Shown: positions 8,901 through 20,507 of the stretch, in pieces
Position numbering within the stretch: the stretch's first letter is position 1
Layout: every line of letters starts with the position of its first letter
Assembly (NCBI RefSeq): GCF_056746865.1
Contig: NZ_CM163382.1
Length of the DNA stretch: 64,000 nt
Strand: one strand, 5' to 3'
The notes under the pieces: model-generated
Told to the model about the DNA's origin: nothing
The model's database searches: none
What the model saw: only the letters and a program-made list of their open reading frames with translations
Made by a program: the position numbers and the translations under genes

Positions 8901-11192
8901 TTACCCTTCACGTTCCACAACTTTAATTTCCACCATGCCGATCCCGAGCTTACGCGGCGAGTGTCCGAGGATATTCCCTTCGTTGGTTGAGACAGGTTCC
9001 GGCGGCACAATTACCAGTGTGTCGGCATCGGTTGGGTTATCGAAATGCAGTGTGGTGGTGGTCACTTCATTGCCCAGCACAAGAGTTTGTTCTTCATTGC
9101 CTACGCGTACCGGAATAGGACGGCTGGCGTTATTGCCGTATGCTTTGGCGGTAATCACCAGGTCAAATTTCTTCGGCAGCGGATGCTTGTACTCGATTTT
9201 TACTTCATCGCCCAGCTGCGCGTTGGACCAGCGGCCCCACGACTCTGGACGGGAAATCCCACTAAACTGTTTCACCTCTTCTGGCGCACCGGCGACGTTG
9301 AAGATGAAACTGTCGGCTTTGTAGCGAATATCGTTATCAACAATTTTCAGCGTATCGACATTGCCTTTATAACGCGCCATGTCGATGACCGTATCTTTAA
9401 ATGCCGTTTTGCCCTTCCATGTTGTTTTATCAACATGCTGGACAATTTGCTGACCGCCAAGCTGCCCTTGCGAGACACACCAGTCGGTGGAAAGTGCCAG
9501 TTCCGGAGCCCAGAGTTGTGCCATCTTATAGCAACGGTCAACCCAGACGAAATTGTCGCGTGGAGCGAAATCGGCCAGCTGGAAACGCAGCGGTGCTGAG
9601 TATTCACTTTCCGGCAGCGGTTCTACGCGCTTGTCTGAAACCCGCAACAGCAGCGGCAAACGGAAATGGCTACCCGAGAAGGCAATCATGTTTTTCTGCT
9701 GGTCGATGGTGAACTCTTTCATCTCTTTAGGGAATTTCCACAGGCGGATGATATCCGGCTTCCACGCCAATGTTTTCTCTTTGATATTGAGGAAGATTTC
9801 CGACATCGACTGCCCGGATAAACTGCTACGACCAAGTCCGAGATAGTTATCGCCACCGAGAATGTCCAGCACCGTCGCGCCGTTATCCATCGTGTTACGC
9901 TTCACTGCCAGCGTCTCTTGCTGCGGCTTGTCGCCACGGATGACAAAAAACAGGTTATTGCGATCCTGTTTATTAAGGTATTTCCACGCCGTGTTGTTCA
10001 TCGCTAAATGGTCAGAAGAGACGACGATGACGGTATCTTTAAACCACGGTGACGCTTTGATTTTGTTGATAAACGTCGCGATATTCTCCTGGCTGCAACT
10101 TACCGCGCTGAATGACTGATTCGGCTTACCGTCAAAATCATATTTTTTGCGGTTACAGGTACGCGAGATAAAACCATCCGGGTGATGGGTATCGACTGTC
10201 AGGGTAAACAGTGAGAATCGCTGACCTGAGCGGGAAAGCTCTTCAAACTTTTTCCACGCTTCATCGAGAACGGTATCGTCGTAGAATCCCCAGTCGTTGC
10301 GATAGTGCGGGTCGGCTACCACGCTTTTCAGCTCTTCTGAGCCGTATAAGTGGTCGAAGCCATGCGACTTCAGGAACACATCTTTACCGGCAAAACGCAG
10401 ATTCGCGCCCTGCACGAAATAGTTCTGATAACCCGAGTTTTTCAGGATATCGCCCAGACAGATGTTCTGCGGGAAGAAGCTGGAAACAGAAGCGGAGGCG
10501 TTACCTTCAAATGGGGCAAAAAGCGGAATGCCGCACTGAGAAGCCACCATACCCGCAATCGTGTAATCCGTTCCCGGCAGCTGCTGCGTGTGGCTGAAAT
10601 CCAGGCCTTCATTTTTCAACGCGCCCAGTTCAGGCGTGAGATCCGGGAAAGCTTCGTTATCAAAATAGGTCCGCTCGAGACTTTCGCCGTAGATATAAAC
10701 CAGGTTGAGTTTCGGGTCAGGGATAGTTTTCGACGGCTCTTTATAATAAGCCGCAAAGTCCGGGTCGCCGTCGCGTGACTGGGACTTCACCAGTTCCGTT
10801 ATCTGACGAAATGCCGGGCTGGCATCCACTGAACCCAACGCCAGTAAGAGTGCCAGCAGGCTGTAACCAAAATGGTGCGGATGATGACGACGACGGCGCA
10901 GGATCCAGCCCAGCGCACCGAACACCGCCGTCAGCCCCAGCACAATGCCGATACCCGGAAGAATGTATTTGCTGACACCAGCACCGGTCAGGCTGTTGGT
11001 TAAGGTATAGAGAACCGCGTCGTTAATACCATCACCAGTAAAATAGTCGCTGGCAAACAGGGTGATATTTAAAACGACAAATAGCCCCAGCACCGTTAAC
11101 GTGGCTGCAAACCACCAGGTGTTACGTCCCGCTTTCCATGCGTAAATCAGCACAGAGGCGAGAAAAAGGGCGAAAGAGAGTAGTTCTGACAA
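8901..11192 (-). CDS. opgB: phosphoglycerol transferase I (osmoregulated periplasmic glucan biosynthesis)
   Basis: 763-aa ORF with N-terminal TM segments and sulfatase-like domain; matches OpgB/MdoB. Confidence 0.9.
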   Translation of the reverse strand: MSELLSFALFLASVLIYAWKAGRNTWWFAATLTVLGLFVVLNITLFASDYFTGDGINDAVLYTLTNSLTGAGVSKYILPGIGIVLGLTAVFGALGWILRRRRHHPHHFGYSLLALLLALGSVDASPAFRQITELVKSQSRDGDPDFAAYYKEPSKTIPDPKLNLVYIYGESLERTYFDNEAFPDLTPELGALKNEGLDFSHTQQLPGTDYTIAGMVASQCGIPLFAPFEGNASASVSSFFPQNICLGDILKNSGYQNYFVQGANLRFAGKDVFLKSHGFDHLYGSEELKSVVADPHYRNDWGFYDDTVLDEAWKKFEELSRSGQRFSLFTLTVDTHHPDGFISRTCNRKKYDFDGKPNQSFSAVSCSQENIATFINKIKASPWFKDTVIVVSSDHLAMNNTAWKYLNKQDRNNLFFVIRGDKPQQETLAVKRNTMDNGATVLDILGGDNYLGLGRSSLSGQSMSEIFLNIKEKTLAWKPDIIRLWKFPKEMKEFTIDQQKNMIAFSGSHFRLPLLLRVSDKRVEPLPESEYSAPLRFQLADFAPRDNFVWVDRCYKMAQLWAPELALSTDWCVSQGQLGGQQIVQHVDKTTWKGKTAFKDTVIDMARYKGNVDTLKIVDNDIRYKADSFIFNVAGAPEEVKQFSGISRPESWGRWSNAQLGDEVKIEYKHPLPKKFDLVITAKAYGNNASRPIPVRVGNEEQTLVLGNEVTTTTLHFDNPTDADTLVIVPPEPVSTNEGNILGHSPRKLGIGMVEIKVVEREG

Positions 11193-11445
11193 CGGGCGAT
11201 CCTCACTAAACCGGGCCGTTTAGCCAACGTTTAAGCTTTTTGAGAAGCACAATGTAATGGCGTGGCCATATTGCTGCAATTCTAGTGTCAAAAAAATGCG
11301 ATGTTGTTAGGAATTAGTTTATAAACAGACTTTTTTGATTACGGTCGCTTCCCGTGTAACAGGGGGAAAACCGTCCAGGAGCAGGGAAAAGGGCAGGAGA
11401 GAGCCGCGTCAGCCGGGTAACAGCTAAAACGCGGCGTTTCGCGGT

Positions 11446-11943
11446 TCAGGAAATGAAGTTCAGCCCCTGCTTTAACACCAGATCGCAGGCTTTGGTTTTC
11501 ACCTTTTCTGCCAGCGGAGTCGTTCCGATATTATCCAGATTGAGTTGCTGACCATCTTTAGTTTTCAGCAAACCCTGAATGCCATCCAGATAGTTGGTGT
11601 CTTCTTTTTGCTCTTCACTGTTCAGGCCCAGTTTTTCCAGTACCTGATTCTTGATGTTTTCGGCATCGGTTACCGAAGCCAGCTTTTGCTTCGCGCAGTA
11701 TTGCAGAATGCCTGCGGCATTGTTCATGTTATCTGCGCTTAAGGCCTGGTTCCCGCTGCTAAGCAAGTTAGTTAATGACGCGAGCGACCAACCGCCTTCC
11801 TGTGTCGTGTTGTTTTGGTTGCCAAGTTCGCTGGCGGCGCTGGAGAGCGCATCTTTCCATGACGCAGCATGTGCCCCGGTGGAAATTAATGCGCTGGCGG
11901 CAATGGCACAGCACAGAAGATGTTTAACAGTTTTCATCATCAT
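11446..11943 (-). CDS. yjjA: DUF2501 family periplasmic protein YjjA
   Basis: 165-aa ORF with signal peptide (ASALISTGAHA); exact start among the MMMK methionines uncertain. Confidence 0.8.
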   Translation of the reverse strand: MMMKTVKHLLCCAIAASALISTGAHAASWKDALSSAASELGNQNNTTQEGGWSLASLTNLLSSGNQALSADNMNNAAGILQYCAKQKLASVTDAENIKNQVLEKLGLNSEEQKEDTNYLDGIQGLLKTKDGQQLNLDNIGTTPLAEKVKTKACDLVLKQGLNFIS

Positions 11944-11988
11944 TACTCAAGGTGGAATTGTGTCGCAGTATACCGCCAGAAACGGGGA

Positions 11989-12726
11989 TTAATACTCTTT
12001 ACCCGTTACCCGGCTACGGTAGCTATCCCAGTTGAAGATCACCCACAAACTGTTACCCAGGCGCATACGGTCCATCACGCGTTCGCCCAGCAACTTGGTC
12101 ATCTCTTCCATATTACTGTTGGTCAGCATCCCGGTTGGGCGTTTGGAAGAAGAGCGGCGATCGACGATCTGGTTGATGATCACTTTTTCGTATTTCGATT
12201 CGGTTTGCACGCCGATCTCATCGATCACCAGCAGATCAACATTGCTCAGATCGTTAAGCAGTTGTTCTTCGCTGGTACCGCTATTCCTGAAGGTATCTTT
12301 CATCGCCGACATAATATCGGCCACGGTGATGATCAATACGGATTTACCGCGTAGCAGCAGCTCGTTGCAGATTGCCGCCGCCAGATGGTTTTTGCCGGTT
12401 CCTGGCTTACCAGAAAAGATGAAGCTGGCGATGTTGCCGTCAAACTCTTCGACATACTGGCGCGCTTTGCTTAACGCATTCATCTGCCCTTCACACTCAA
12501 CGCGATAGTTCTCAAAGGAGCAGTTCTGATGCAGTGGACGAATACCGGAGCGGTTAAAGGTGCGCTGCATTTTCATCGCCCGATTTTCACGTTCGAGAGC
12601 GGCGGAGCGGATCGCCCCTTGTTCTTTCTGCCAGGCCAGTAGTTCTTCACCCGTTTTGAAAGCAGGTTTGATATGGGCAGGCATCATTTTTTGCAGGCGT
12701 TGCATCAGGTCGCCAACGTTTTTCAT
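11989..12726 (-). CDS. dnaC: DNA replication protein DnaC (helicase loader, AAA+)
   Basis: 245-aa ORF; Walker A GKPGTGKNHLA. Confidence 0.92.
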   Translation of the reverse strand: MKNVGDLMQRLQKMMPAHIKPAFKTGEELLAWQKEQGAIRSAALERENRAMKMQRTFNRSGIRPLHQNCSFENYRVECEGQMNALSKARQYVEEFDGNIASFIFSGKPGTGKNHLAAAICNELLLRGKSVLIITVADIMSAMKDTFRNSGTSEEQLLNDLSNVDLLVIDEIGVQTESKYEKVIINQIVDRRSSSKRPTGMLTNSNMEEMTKLLGERVMDRMRLGNSLWVIFNWDSYRSRVTGKEY

Positions 12727-12728
12727 CG

Positions 12729-13268
12729 TTACCCTCTGAATCCTGGTGGAATTTGGCTGTCAGGTTCACTGACCGTATTCACATCTCGTTTAGGCAGTCC
12801 GCCGTTGCTGGCACGACCGATTTGCAGGCTGCGCGCCAGTTTTTGTTGCCACTGCACATGGTGAAAGACTTTACCTTCCGCCTGCCAGTAGGCAATGAAT
12901 GAGGCCAGTTCTTCGGTGGTCACCGGCGCTCTTAGTGCCACGCCCCATAGCGCCGCCAGGCGGATAAAGTCGGCATCGGGTTGCCAGTCCGGATACATGG
13001 CGAATTTCCCCATGGGTACAGCAACGGGAGCAGCTTGCGGTTCCTGATAGAGTTGATCGTCCAGAGCGACATCGCTTCCCGGACGCGCCAGCTTTTCTTC
13101 CAGCGCTAGCAGTTCAGCCAGGCGTGCAGGCGTGACGGCATAAAACGCCGGGGCATTGTTAGCAAATACGGCAACCACACCGCCTTCAGCTTTTGCCAGA
13201 ACGGTTTGGTGATCGTGTACCAGGGCGTCAATACCAACGACGTCCGGGGTCAAAACTCTGGAAGACAT
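12729..13268 (-). CDS. dnaT: primosomal protein DnaT
   Basis: ORF-track frame 12729..13280; start trimmed to ATG 13268 ([12 protein letters not shown], 179 aa); immediately upstream of dnaC. Confidence 0.88.
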   Translation of the reverse strand: MSSRVLTPDVVGIDALVHDHQTVLAKAEGGVVAVFANNAPAFYAVTPARLAELLALEEKLARPGSDVALDDQLYQEPQAAPVAVPMGKFAMYPDWQPDADFIRLAALWGVALRAPVTTEELASFIAYWQAEGKVFHHVQWQQKLARSLQIGRASNGGLPKRDVNTVSEPDSQIPPGFRG

Positions 13269-13374
13269 ACTGTTTCTCAAATATGGAACGATGAACGAGA
13301 AGGGAGATAACTTTTATAGTAACACACGGAGGAGAGGAGGCTGTCTCTCATCCGTGTGCTTAAGCGAGGCAATT

Positions 13375-13848
13375 TTATACGCGAGGGCGCTTGCGGTACA
13401 ACCATAATCCAGGAATGGAAAGACCGATGGATAACGCACCAACAATTGATGAAGCTGTAAGAAAGTTGGTTAACAGGGTAATCATCAACGGTTCGCTGTA
13501 ACCTAGCTGGCTGATTTTTACCGCCGAAATCATTGCGGTATAAGCCGATATGCCAGGGAACATAGGAATAACAGCCGCCACGGTAAACACTTTCGGATGC
13601 GCCAGATACCAGCGCGACCATTGAATACCAATGGTGCCGACCAGCATAGAAGCCATAAAAGTTGACCACTCAATATTCAGCCCGCTGGTCATTAAGATCA
13701 TTCGGGAACCATGACCTATCGAGCCAAGCAGCGCACACCAGCGTAACGCCCGCACGGGAACGTTGAACACCATCGCAAAGCCGACCGCAGGAATGGCGGC
13801 GAGGATCATATCCTGCGCCAACGCTAACAGAAATTCGATCACACCCAT
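13375..13848 (-). CDS. yjjB: inner membrane protein YjjB (putative succinate exporter subunit, ThrE family)
   Basis: ORF-track frame 13375..13863; start trimmed to 13848 (MGVIEF..., 157 aa); hydrophobic throughout. Confidence 0.82.
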
Positions 13849-14609
13849 CCGCGTAGCCCCCAAATCGTCAGTGCCATTACTACGCCGACGCAGGTAGCCA
13901 GTGTCAGCAGACTGGCGATCGCCCAGCGTGCCAGTCCGGTATTGATGTGGCCTTTAAACATATCGGCGACGGCATTAATCAACGGAAAACCCGGCACCAG
14001 CAGCAGAACGCTGGCGGCCATCGCGATAGTGGGTGTATTGCTGAAAGTGGGAAGTTGCAAAAGCAAACCGGAAATGGTGGTGGCGGCGAAAGCGGTGAGG
14101 CAAAAGTTGATCTGTGGATGAAGATGACGTTGTGCCAGCAGCTGGCGGATATACATCGCGACCGTACTGGCAAAGAAGGTGATGACGGCACCATCCCAGC
14201 CACCTTTATTGAGTTTACAGAAACAGGCGCAAGAAAGGCCGACCATTAAGGCTACCAGCCATCTCGGGTAACGTAATGGCTGAATTTGGCTAAATCGTTT
14301 CTCTACACCTTTGTAATCCAGCAGATGATGCTCCGCCAGAATCACAATGTGCTGGACTTCAGTCACCACATGCATATTAATGCCGCGATCTTGATTTTTT
14401 CGTGTCGATGTCAGGCATTGCCCATCTTTAATAGTTGTCAGCACTATGGCGTTCGAAGAGATAGAACTTTCGACGCTGTCCATTCCCAGCGCCCGACCCA
14501 GTCGTGAGGAAAGCTCATCAACCAACGCGCTTTCCGCACCATGTTGCAAAAGAAATAATCCACACTGGATACAAAGCCGTGTTACGGCTCGCTGTTGCTC
14601 AGTTTGCAT
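13839..14609 (-). CDS. yjjP: inner membrane protein YjjP (putative succinate exporter subunit)
   Basis: ORF-track frame 13839..14672; start trimmed to 14609 ([12 protein letters not shown], 256 aa); overlaps yjjB start by 10 bp. Confidence 0.82.
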
Positions 14610-14672
14610 AACTCGCCCTTTGTCATAGACGTGCTGCGTATTGTTCAGATAATGAGAATCCATTTGTATCAT

Positions 14673-15227
14673 GAAGCACGGTTGTTTTGCGGTAGGTTAA
14701 GATCAAAATTGCGCTGATTAATCCTGGTTATCGGGAGAAGCTCGGTGATAAAAAGCGAATTATCTCTCGTCGCAAATAAATTATCACATGAATATTATCA
14801 CTATAATGAATTTATTGTTTAGCCTTTACGAATCAGGATAAAAGATAACTGGGCGCGTTTTTTAATTTTTACAAGTTAAAACTATCAGATTTTATTGAAT
14901 AAATATTGATTGTGTGATTTTGCATTCTACTGGAAGGGATATCAGTTAATTATAAATTAAATGAATGAGAATTCTGTTTTTCATTAAGTATTTCTAACAA
15001 CTTAATGTAGATATTTTAAATGTCTCCAGGCTATTTCACCAGGTTATCATTTGATGCTAACCTTCTGACACATGCAGTGGAGTTGTTGTGCAGCAGGAGT
15101 ATGCTGATATGAAAGTGAATGCTAAGGATAATTTATTCGCTTAATCTATTAATTTGCTGGAAACATTTAAGGAATGAATATCCTGAATAAACCATCATAA
15201 TTTTTAGACAGTGGATGTGGAGGAAAT
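14673..15227. promoter_or_regulatory. long AT-rich intergenic region upstream of yjjQ-bglJ (and yjjP on the opposite strand); expected H-NS-silenced promoter region
   Basis: Visibly AT-rich 555 bp with many A/T tracts; H-NS silencing and LeuO activation of yjjQ-bglJ is established knowledge, not read from sequence. Confidence 0.45.
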
Positions 15228-15953
15228 ATGTTGCCAGGATGCTGCAAAAATGGAATTGTTATCAGTAAAATACCTGTTATGCAAGCAGGGTTAAAAGAGG
15301 TCATGAGGACTCACTTCCCTGAATATGAAATAATATCCAGCGCCTCTGCGGAGGACCTTACCTTATTACAATTACGTCGTTCCGGATTAGTCATTGCTGA
15401 TTTAGCCGGTGAAAGTGAAGATCCACGTTCTGTTTGTGAACATTATTATTCTTTAATCTCACAATATCGGGAAATTCACTGGGTTTTCATGGTGTCACGC
15501 TCCTGGTATTCCCAGGCAGTAGAACTGCTTATGTGCCCTACGGCGACGTTATTGTCTGATGTTGAACCCATTGAGAATCTGGTCAAGACCGTACGTTCCG
15601 GCAATACGCACGCAGAGCGTATCAGCGCCATGCTGACCTCTCCGGCAATGACTGAAACTCATGATTTTAGCTATCGCTCCGTCATTCTCACTCTTTCAGA
15701 GCGCAAGGTACTGCGGCTATTAGGTAAAGGATGGGGCATCAACCAGATAGCTTCATTGCTTAAGAAAAGTAATAAAACTATCAGCGCCCAAAAAAACAGT
15801 GCGATGCGTCGACTGGCAATTCACAGCAACGCTGAAATGTATGCATGGATAAATAGCGCACAGGGTGCAAGAGAACTTAACTTGCCTTCTGTTTATGGAG
15901 ATGCCGCAGAATGGAACACAGCCGAATTAAGAAGAGAAATGTCGCACTCATAG
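15228..15953 (+). CDS. yjjQ: LuxR/FixJ-type transcriptional regulator YjjQ
   Basis: 241-aa ORF with C-terminal LuxR-type HTH ([23 protein letters not shown]). Confidence 0.88.
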
Positions 15954-16588
15954 AAAAATGCGTCATGAGTAGTATCGGTATTGAGAGTTTATTCAGAAAG
16001 TTTGCGGGTAACCCTTATAAGCTCCATACCTATACCAGTCAGGAGTCATTTCAGGATGCCATGTCGCGGATCTCGTTTGCGGCGGTCATTTTTTCTTTTT
16101 CTGCCATGAGAGGTGAGCGTAGAGAGGGATTATCTTGCCTGACTGAACTGGCGATTAAGTTTCCGCGTACCCGGCGTTTAGTTATTGCGGATGATGATAT
16201 TGAAGCTCGGCTGATCGGCTCATTGTCGCCATCACCGCTGGACGGTGTATTAAGTAAAGCGTCAACGCTGGAGATTTTTCATCAGGAACTCTTTTTGTCA
16301 TTAAATGGTGTACGTCAGGCGACCGACCGACTGAACAATCAGTGGTACATTAATCAAAGCCGAACGCTAAGCCCGACGGAGAGAGAAATATTGCGCTTTA
16401 TGTCGCGTGGCTACTCAATGACACAAATTGCCGAGCAGCTTAAACGCAATATCAAAACGATCCGTGCACATAAATTTAATGTGATGTCGAAACTGGGCGT
16501 AAGTTCTGATGCAGGGTTGTTGGAGGCCGCAGATATTCTGTTATGTATGCGGCATTGCGAAGCAAGTAATGTGTTGCATCCCTATTAA
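15911..16588 (+). CDS. bglJ: LuxR/FixJ-type transcriptional activator BglJ
   Basis: 225-aa ORF with C-terminal LuxR HTH ([25 protein letters not shown]); overlaps yjjQ 3' end by 43 bp in a different frame. Confidence 0.88.
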
Positions 16589-16625
16589 TCCGCATGATGC
16601 CGGGTTTACTTCCCCGGCAGTGCTT

Positions 16626-17414
16626 TCATTTCAGCATACAATCGCCACATTGCTGCACATCCGGTAAGCGATAACGCTGGCAGCAAGTGCGGCGCACCAG
16701 CAGGCCGTCGCGCAGTACCACGGTACGCCAGAGTGGATTATCTTCACCGTTCGTGAGCATTTTCTCAAAAAAGAGGGCATGGCGCAGCGATTCAACCGTC
16801 GCCTCGCCAAGCAGCTGTTTCATCTCAGTCAGATACCAGTTGATCAAATAACCGGTATTGCTCCAGATAAGTTTGCCGTTGATCTCTCCCGTTGCTTCTA
16901 ATGCCTGCACTACCGGAACCAGCGCCTGACTGATTAACGTTTCCATTCGCTGCTGCGGCGAATGTAGTGTTGCGTTTTTATCTTCACACACATCGACCCA
17001 GAAACAGGCGGCGCGTCCGGTTTCGTGAAACTCAACGTGGAAATGTTCCGGCGACACATCTAATGCTTTTTCCTGCGTCAGCAGCGCCAACATTAATGGT
17101 GGCACCATCAGGCCGATATACCATTGCGCCCATAGTGAGATCAGCGGTTTGTTCTCGCGGATCATCGTTGGTTGGTTGCGATAGATATGATCGGAATAGA
17201 CCACCAGTAGAGAACTTAGCGCATTCGTTGATGACCATTGCGCCAGCGTCATGGCGTTAAGCGGAGCGGGTTCATCCAGGCGGATAAACTCGAGCAAATG
17301 TTCACGATGTTCGGCGATCGTCGCCCGTATGGCTTGTGCAAGCCCAGCATCCTGCGGCTGGAGATGCGTTCGCCAGATAACATCTTCATAGAGCGGTGCG
17401 GAACGATAGGCCAT
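16626..17414 (-). CDS. fhuF: ferric-siderophore reductase FhuF (2Fe-2S)
   Basis: 262-aa ORF ending with C-terminal cysteine cluster C-C-x10-C-x2-C (CCQRYRLPDVQQCGDC). Confidence 0.9.
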   Translation of the reverse strand: MAYRSAPLYEDVIWRTHLQPQDAGLAQAIRATIAEHREHLLEFIRLDEPAPLNAMTLAQWSSTNALSSLLVVYSDHIYRNQPTMIRENKPLISLWAQWYIGLMVPPLMLALLTQEKALDVSPEHFHVEFHETGRAACFWVDVCEDKNATLHSPQQRMETLISQALVPVVQALEATGEINGKLIWSNTGYLINWYLTEMKQLLGEATVESLRHALFFEKMLTNGEDNPLWRTVVLRDGLLVRRTCCQRYRLPDVQQCGDCMLK

Positions 17415-17432
17415 AATCGGGATAGTAATCTA

Positions 17433-17540
17433 AATGATAATGATTGCTAATCCTAGCGATAGGTTTACCCGATAGCAAGGGATTTCTCTGGCTTGCAAAT
17501 GATAAAAATTATCATATGATATTAGTTATCATTATCAATG
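17433..17540. promoter_or_regulatory. Fur-box-like repeats in the fhuF/yjjZ divergent promoter region
   Basis: AATGATAATGATTGC at 17433..17451 and GATAAAAATTATCAT / GTTATCATTATC at 17498..17540 resemble the GATAATGATAATCATTATC Fur consensus. Confidence 0.6.
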
Positions 17541-17554
17541 AAAGAGATGAAACC

Positions 17555-17791
17555 ATGTTGCAACGTACGCTGGGCAGTGGCTGGGGAGTGTTGCTGCCGG
17601 GATTGCTGATTGCAGGGCTGATGTATGCGGATTTATCGCCGGATCAGTGGCGGATTGTCATTCTGATGGGATTAATATTGACGCCGGTGATGCTGTATCA
17701 CAAACAGTTGCGGCATTACGTTTTGCTGCCATCGTGCCTGGCGCTTATTGCTGGCATCATGCTGATGATAATGAATTTGAATCAGGGATGA
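17555..17791 (+). CDS. yjjZ: small inner membrane protein YjjZ (DUF1435)
   Basis: ORF-track frame 17444..17791; start trimmed to ATG 17555 (MLQRTLGSGWGV, 78 aa); hydrophobic. Confidence 0.75.
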   Translation: MLQRTLGSGWGVLLPGLLIAGLMYADLSPDQWRIVILMGLILTPVMLYHKQLRHYVLLPSCLALIAGIMLMIMNLNQG

Positions 17792-17829
17792 AAAATCAGG
17801 GAAGAAACAAGAAAGGAAGTAAAGATAAT

Positions 17830-17916
17830 TGGTGCGAGGGGGGGGACTTGAACCCCCACGTCCGTAAGGACACTAACACCTGAAGCTAGCGCGTCTACCA
17901 ATTCCGCCACCTTCGC
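17830..17916 (-). tRNA. leuV: tRNA-Leu (anticodon CAG), copy 1 of 3
   Basis: Reverse complement reads GCGAAGGTGGCGGAATTGGTAGACGCGCTAGCTTCAGGTGTTAGTGTCCTTACGGACGTGGGGGTTCAAGTCCCCCCCCTCGCACCA, 87 nt with long variable arm and CCA end. Confidence 0.93.
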
Positions 17917-17950
17917 ACAGTCATCTTACTTTTTTTGATATCGCCTCGTT

Positions 17951-18037
17951 TGGTGCGAGGGGGGGGACTTGAACCCCCACGTCCGTAAGAACACTAACAC
18001 CTGAAGCTAGCGCGTCTACCAATTCCGCCACCTTCGC
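17951..18037 (-). tRNA. leuP: tRNA-Leu (anticodon CAG), copy 2 of 3; differs from the other two copies at one position in the variable arm
   Basis: Same 87-nt sequence except plus-strand A instead of G in GTCCGTAAG[A]ACAC, a C-to-U change in the tRNA variable-arm stem. Confidence 0.93.
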
Positions 18038-18065
18038 CCAGTGCGAGCAATATCAACGTGGTTTT

Positions 18066-18152
18066 TGGTGCGAGGGGGGGGACTTGAACCCCCACGTCCG
18101 TAAGGACACTAACACCTGAAGCTAGCGCGTCTACCAATTCCGCCACCTTCGC
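18066..18152 (-). tRNA. leuQ: tRNA-Leu (anticodon CAG), copy 3 of 3 (promoter-proximal)
   Basis: Identical to copy 1. Confidence 0.93.
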
Positions 18153-18261
18153 ATACCATCAATTCTTAAAAAGAATTGCTACCACGGAGGCGCATTCTAG
18201 TGGTTTTCAGCTTTTCGTCAATAGTTAATTATCGCCGGAGGTGTAATTGCTGGAAAAATGG

Positions 18262-18525
<264 letters not shown>

Positions 18526-18530
18526 GATAC

Positions 18531-19562
18531 TTAACCTTTCTTCGCCTGGCGGGTCATAATGGCGCGATACACCTTGAAGCGCCCGGTTTGCGCGATCACT
18601 TCGTGGAAGCCAAATGTCTCATCCAGCACGTCCGGGTAAGGCAGGAAGGCGTTCGCTACAATTCGCAGCTCGCCGCCGCTATTAAGATGACGCACCGCGC
18701 CGCGAATCAGCGTTTGCGCCGCATCGAGGCTGGTTTGCATCCCATCGTGGAACGGCGGGTTGGAGATGATCATATCAAAACGACCTTTCACCTCGGAAAA
18801 GACGTTACTGGCAAAGACTTCACCTTCAACACCGTTGGCCGCAAGTGTTGCGCGGCTGGCTTCTACCGCTGGCGCAGAGACATCGCACAGAGTGAGACGA
18901 ATTTTCGGTGAATGGCGCGCAAAGGCAACAGAAAGCACGCCCGCGCCACAGCCGACATCCAGTACTTTACCTTTCGTGTGCGGAGTTAACGTCGAGAGCA
19001 GTAACTGGCTACCGACATCCAGACCGTCGCGGCTAAACACGCCAGGCAGCGTTTTGACTGTCAGGCCATCGACGCTGTATTCGCCCCAGAATTTATCGGC
19101 ATCAAATTCCGGCTGTTTTTCCAGACGACCAAAATAGAGGCCACAGCGACGGGCGCTGTCGACTTTATTCAACGGCGCATAATCTGCCAGCATCTGTTCG
19201 GCGCTGCGCACGCCGCTGCGGTTCTCGCCAACGACAAAAATATCCGTGCCCACCGGCAGTAGAGAAAGTAAATTCATCAACTGGAACTGGGCTTCCGGTT
19301 TGTTCTTCGGCCAGTAGTAAATCAGCGTATTGCAATCTGCGACATCATCCGCCGTGGCGACCAGACTGAAACGGGCGTTATCCCCCATCTGGCGGCTTAA
19401 CACCTGCCAATGGTGGAATTGCTGGGTATGAGCACGGCTGGCCGCGGTATCTAAACGCGCGGGCAGGTCATCCTGTAAGTCTCCGGCAAAAAGAATACGG
19501 CTTTGTTCGAAATCATCACTGTGACGCAGCAAGACTTCACTTGCCGGGGTAAATGCAGACAT
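18531..19562 (-). CDS. rsmC: 16S rRNA (guanine1207-N2)-methyltransferase
   Basis: 343-aa ORF; SAM-binding motif [11 protein letters not shown]. Confidence 0.9.
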   Translation of the reverse strand: MSAFTPASEVLLRHSDDFEQSRILFAGDLQDDLPARLDTAASRAHTQQFHHWQVLSRQMGDNARFSLVATADDVADCNTLIYYWPKNKPEAQFQLMNLLSLLPVGTDIFVVGENRSGVRSAEQMLADYAPLNKVDSARRCGLYFGRLEKQPEFDADKFWGEYSVDGLTVKTLPGVFSRDGLDVGSQLLLSTLTPHTKGKVLDVGCGAGVLSVAFARHSPKIRLTLCDVSAPAVEASRATLAANGVEGEVFASNVFSEVKGRFDMIISNPPFHDGMQTSLDAAQTLIRGAVRHLNSGGELRIVANAFLPYPDVLDETFGFHEVIAQTGRFKVYRAIMTRQAKKG

Positions 19563-19664
19563 GGAATGCTCCTCAATTGATACTGGCGGCGATTATAGCC
19601 ATATGTTGGCGCGGTATCGACGAATTTGCTATATTTGCGCCCCTGACAACAGGAGCGATTCGCT

Positions 19665-20078
19665 ATGACATCCCGACGAGACTGGCAGTTACAGCAACTG
19701 GGCATTACCCAGTGGTCGCTGCGTCGCCCTGGCGCGTTGCAGGGGGAGATTGCGATTGCGATCCCGGCACACGTCCGTCTGGTGATGGTGGCAAACGATC
19801 TTCCCGCCCTGACCGATCCTCTGGTGAGCGATGTTCTGCGCGCATTAACCGTCAGCCCCGATCAAGTGCTGCAACTGACGCCAGAAAAAATCGCGATGCT
19901 GCCGCAAGGCAGTCGCTGCAACAGCTGGCGGTTGGGTACTGACGAACCGCTATCACTGGAAGGCGCTCAGGTGGCATCACCGGCGCTCACCGAATTACGG
20001 GCAAACCCAACGGCACGCGCCGCGTTATGGCAACAAATTTGCACATATGAACACGATTTCTTCCCTCGAAACGACTGA
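19665..20078 (+). CDS. holD: DNA polymerase III psi subunit
   Basis: 137-aa ORF MTSRRDWQLQQLGITQW... Confidence 0.9.
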   Translation: MTSRRDWQLQQLGITQWSLRRPGALQGEIAIAIPAHVRLVMVANDLPALTDPLVSDVLRALTVSPDQVLQLTPEKIAMLPQGSRCNSWRLGTDEPLSLEGAQVASPALTELRANPTARAALWQQICTYEHDFFPRND

Positions 20079-20493
20079 TTTACCAGCGGCTTACCACATT
20101 GAACAACGCGCCCACGCCTTTCCGTGGAGTGAAAAAACCTTTGCCAGCAACCAGGGCGAGCGTTATCTCAACTTTCAGTTAACGCAAAACGGCAAAATGG
20201 CGGCGTTTGCGATTACGCAAGTGGTGCTGGATGAAGCTACATTGTTCAATATTGCGGTCGATCCTGACTATCAGCGTCAGGGATTGGGAAGGGCGCTGCT
20301 GGAACATCTGATCGACGAACTGGAAAAACGCGGCGTGGCGACGCTATGGCTGGAAGTCCGTGCCTCAAACGCTGCCGCCATTGCACTGTACGAAAGTTTA
20401 GGCTTTAACGAGGCGACGATTCGCCGCAATTACTACCCCACCACGGACGGTCGCGAAGACGCCATCATCATGGCGTTGCCAATCAGTATGTAA
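20047..20493 (+). CDS. rimI: ribosomal protein S18 alanine N-acetyltransferase (GNAT)
   Basis: 148-aa ORF with GNAT motif ([13 protein letters not shown]); overlaps holD 3' end by 32 bp. Confidence 0.9.
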   Translation: MNTISSLETTDLPAAYHIEQRAHAFPWSEKTFASNQGERYLNFQLTQNGKMAAFAITQVVLDEATLFNIAVDPDYQRQGLGRALLEHLIDELEKRGVATLWLEVRASNAAAIALYESLGFNEATIRRNYYPTTDGREDAIIMALPISM

Positions 20494-20507
20494 GACAAGG
20501 TGGAATA

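Noticed and set aside
16599-16618. Hairpin GCCGGG-N8-CCCGGC between bglJ and fhuF as a terminator
   Set aside because: Stem is present but there is no following T-run on either strand; too weak to call.
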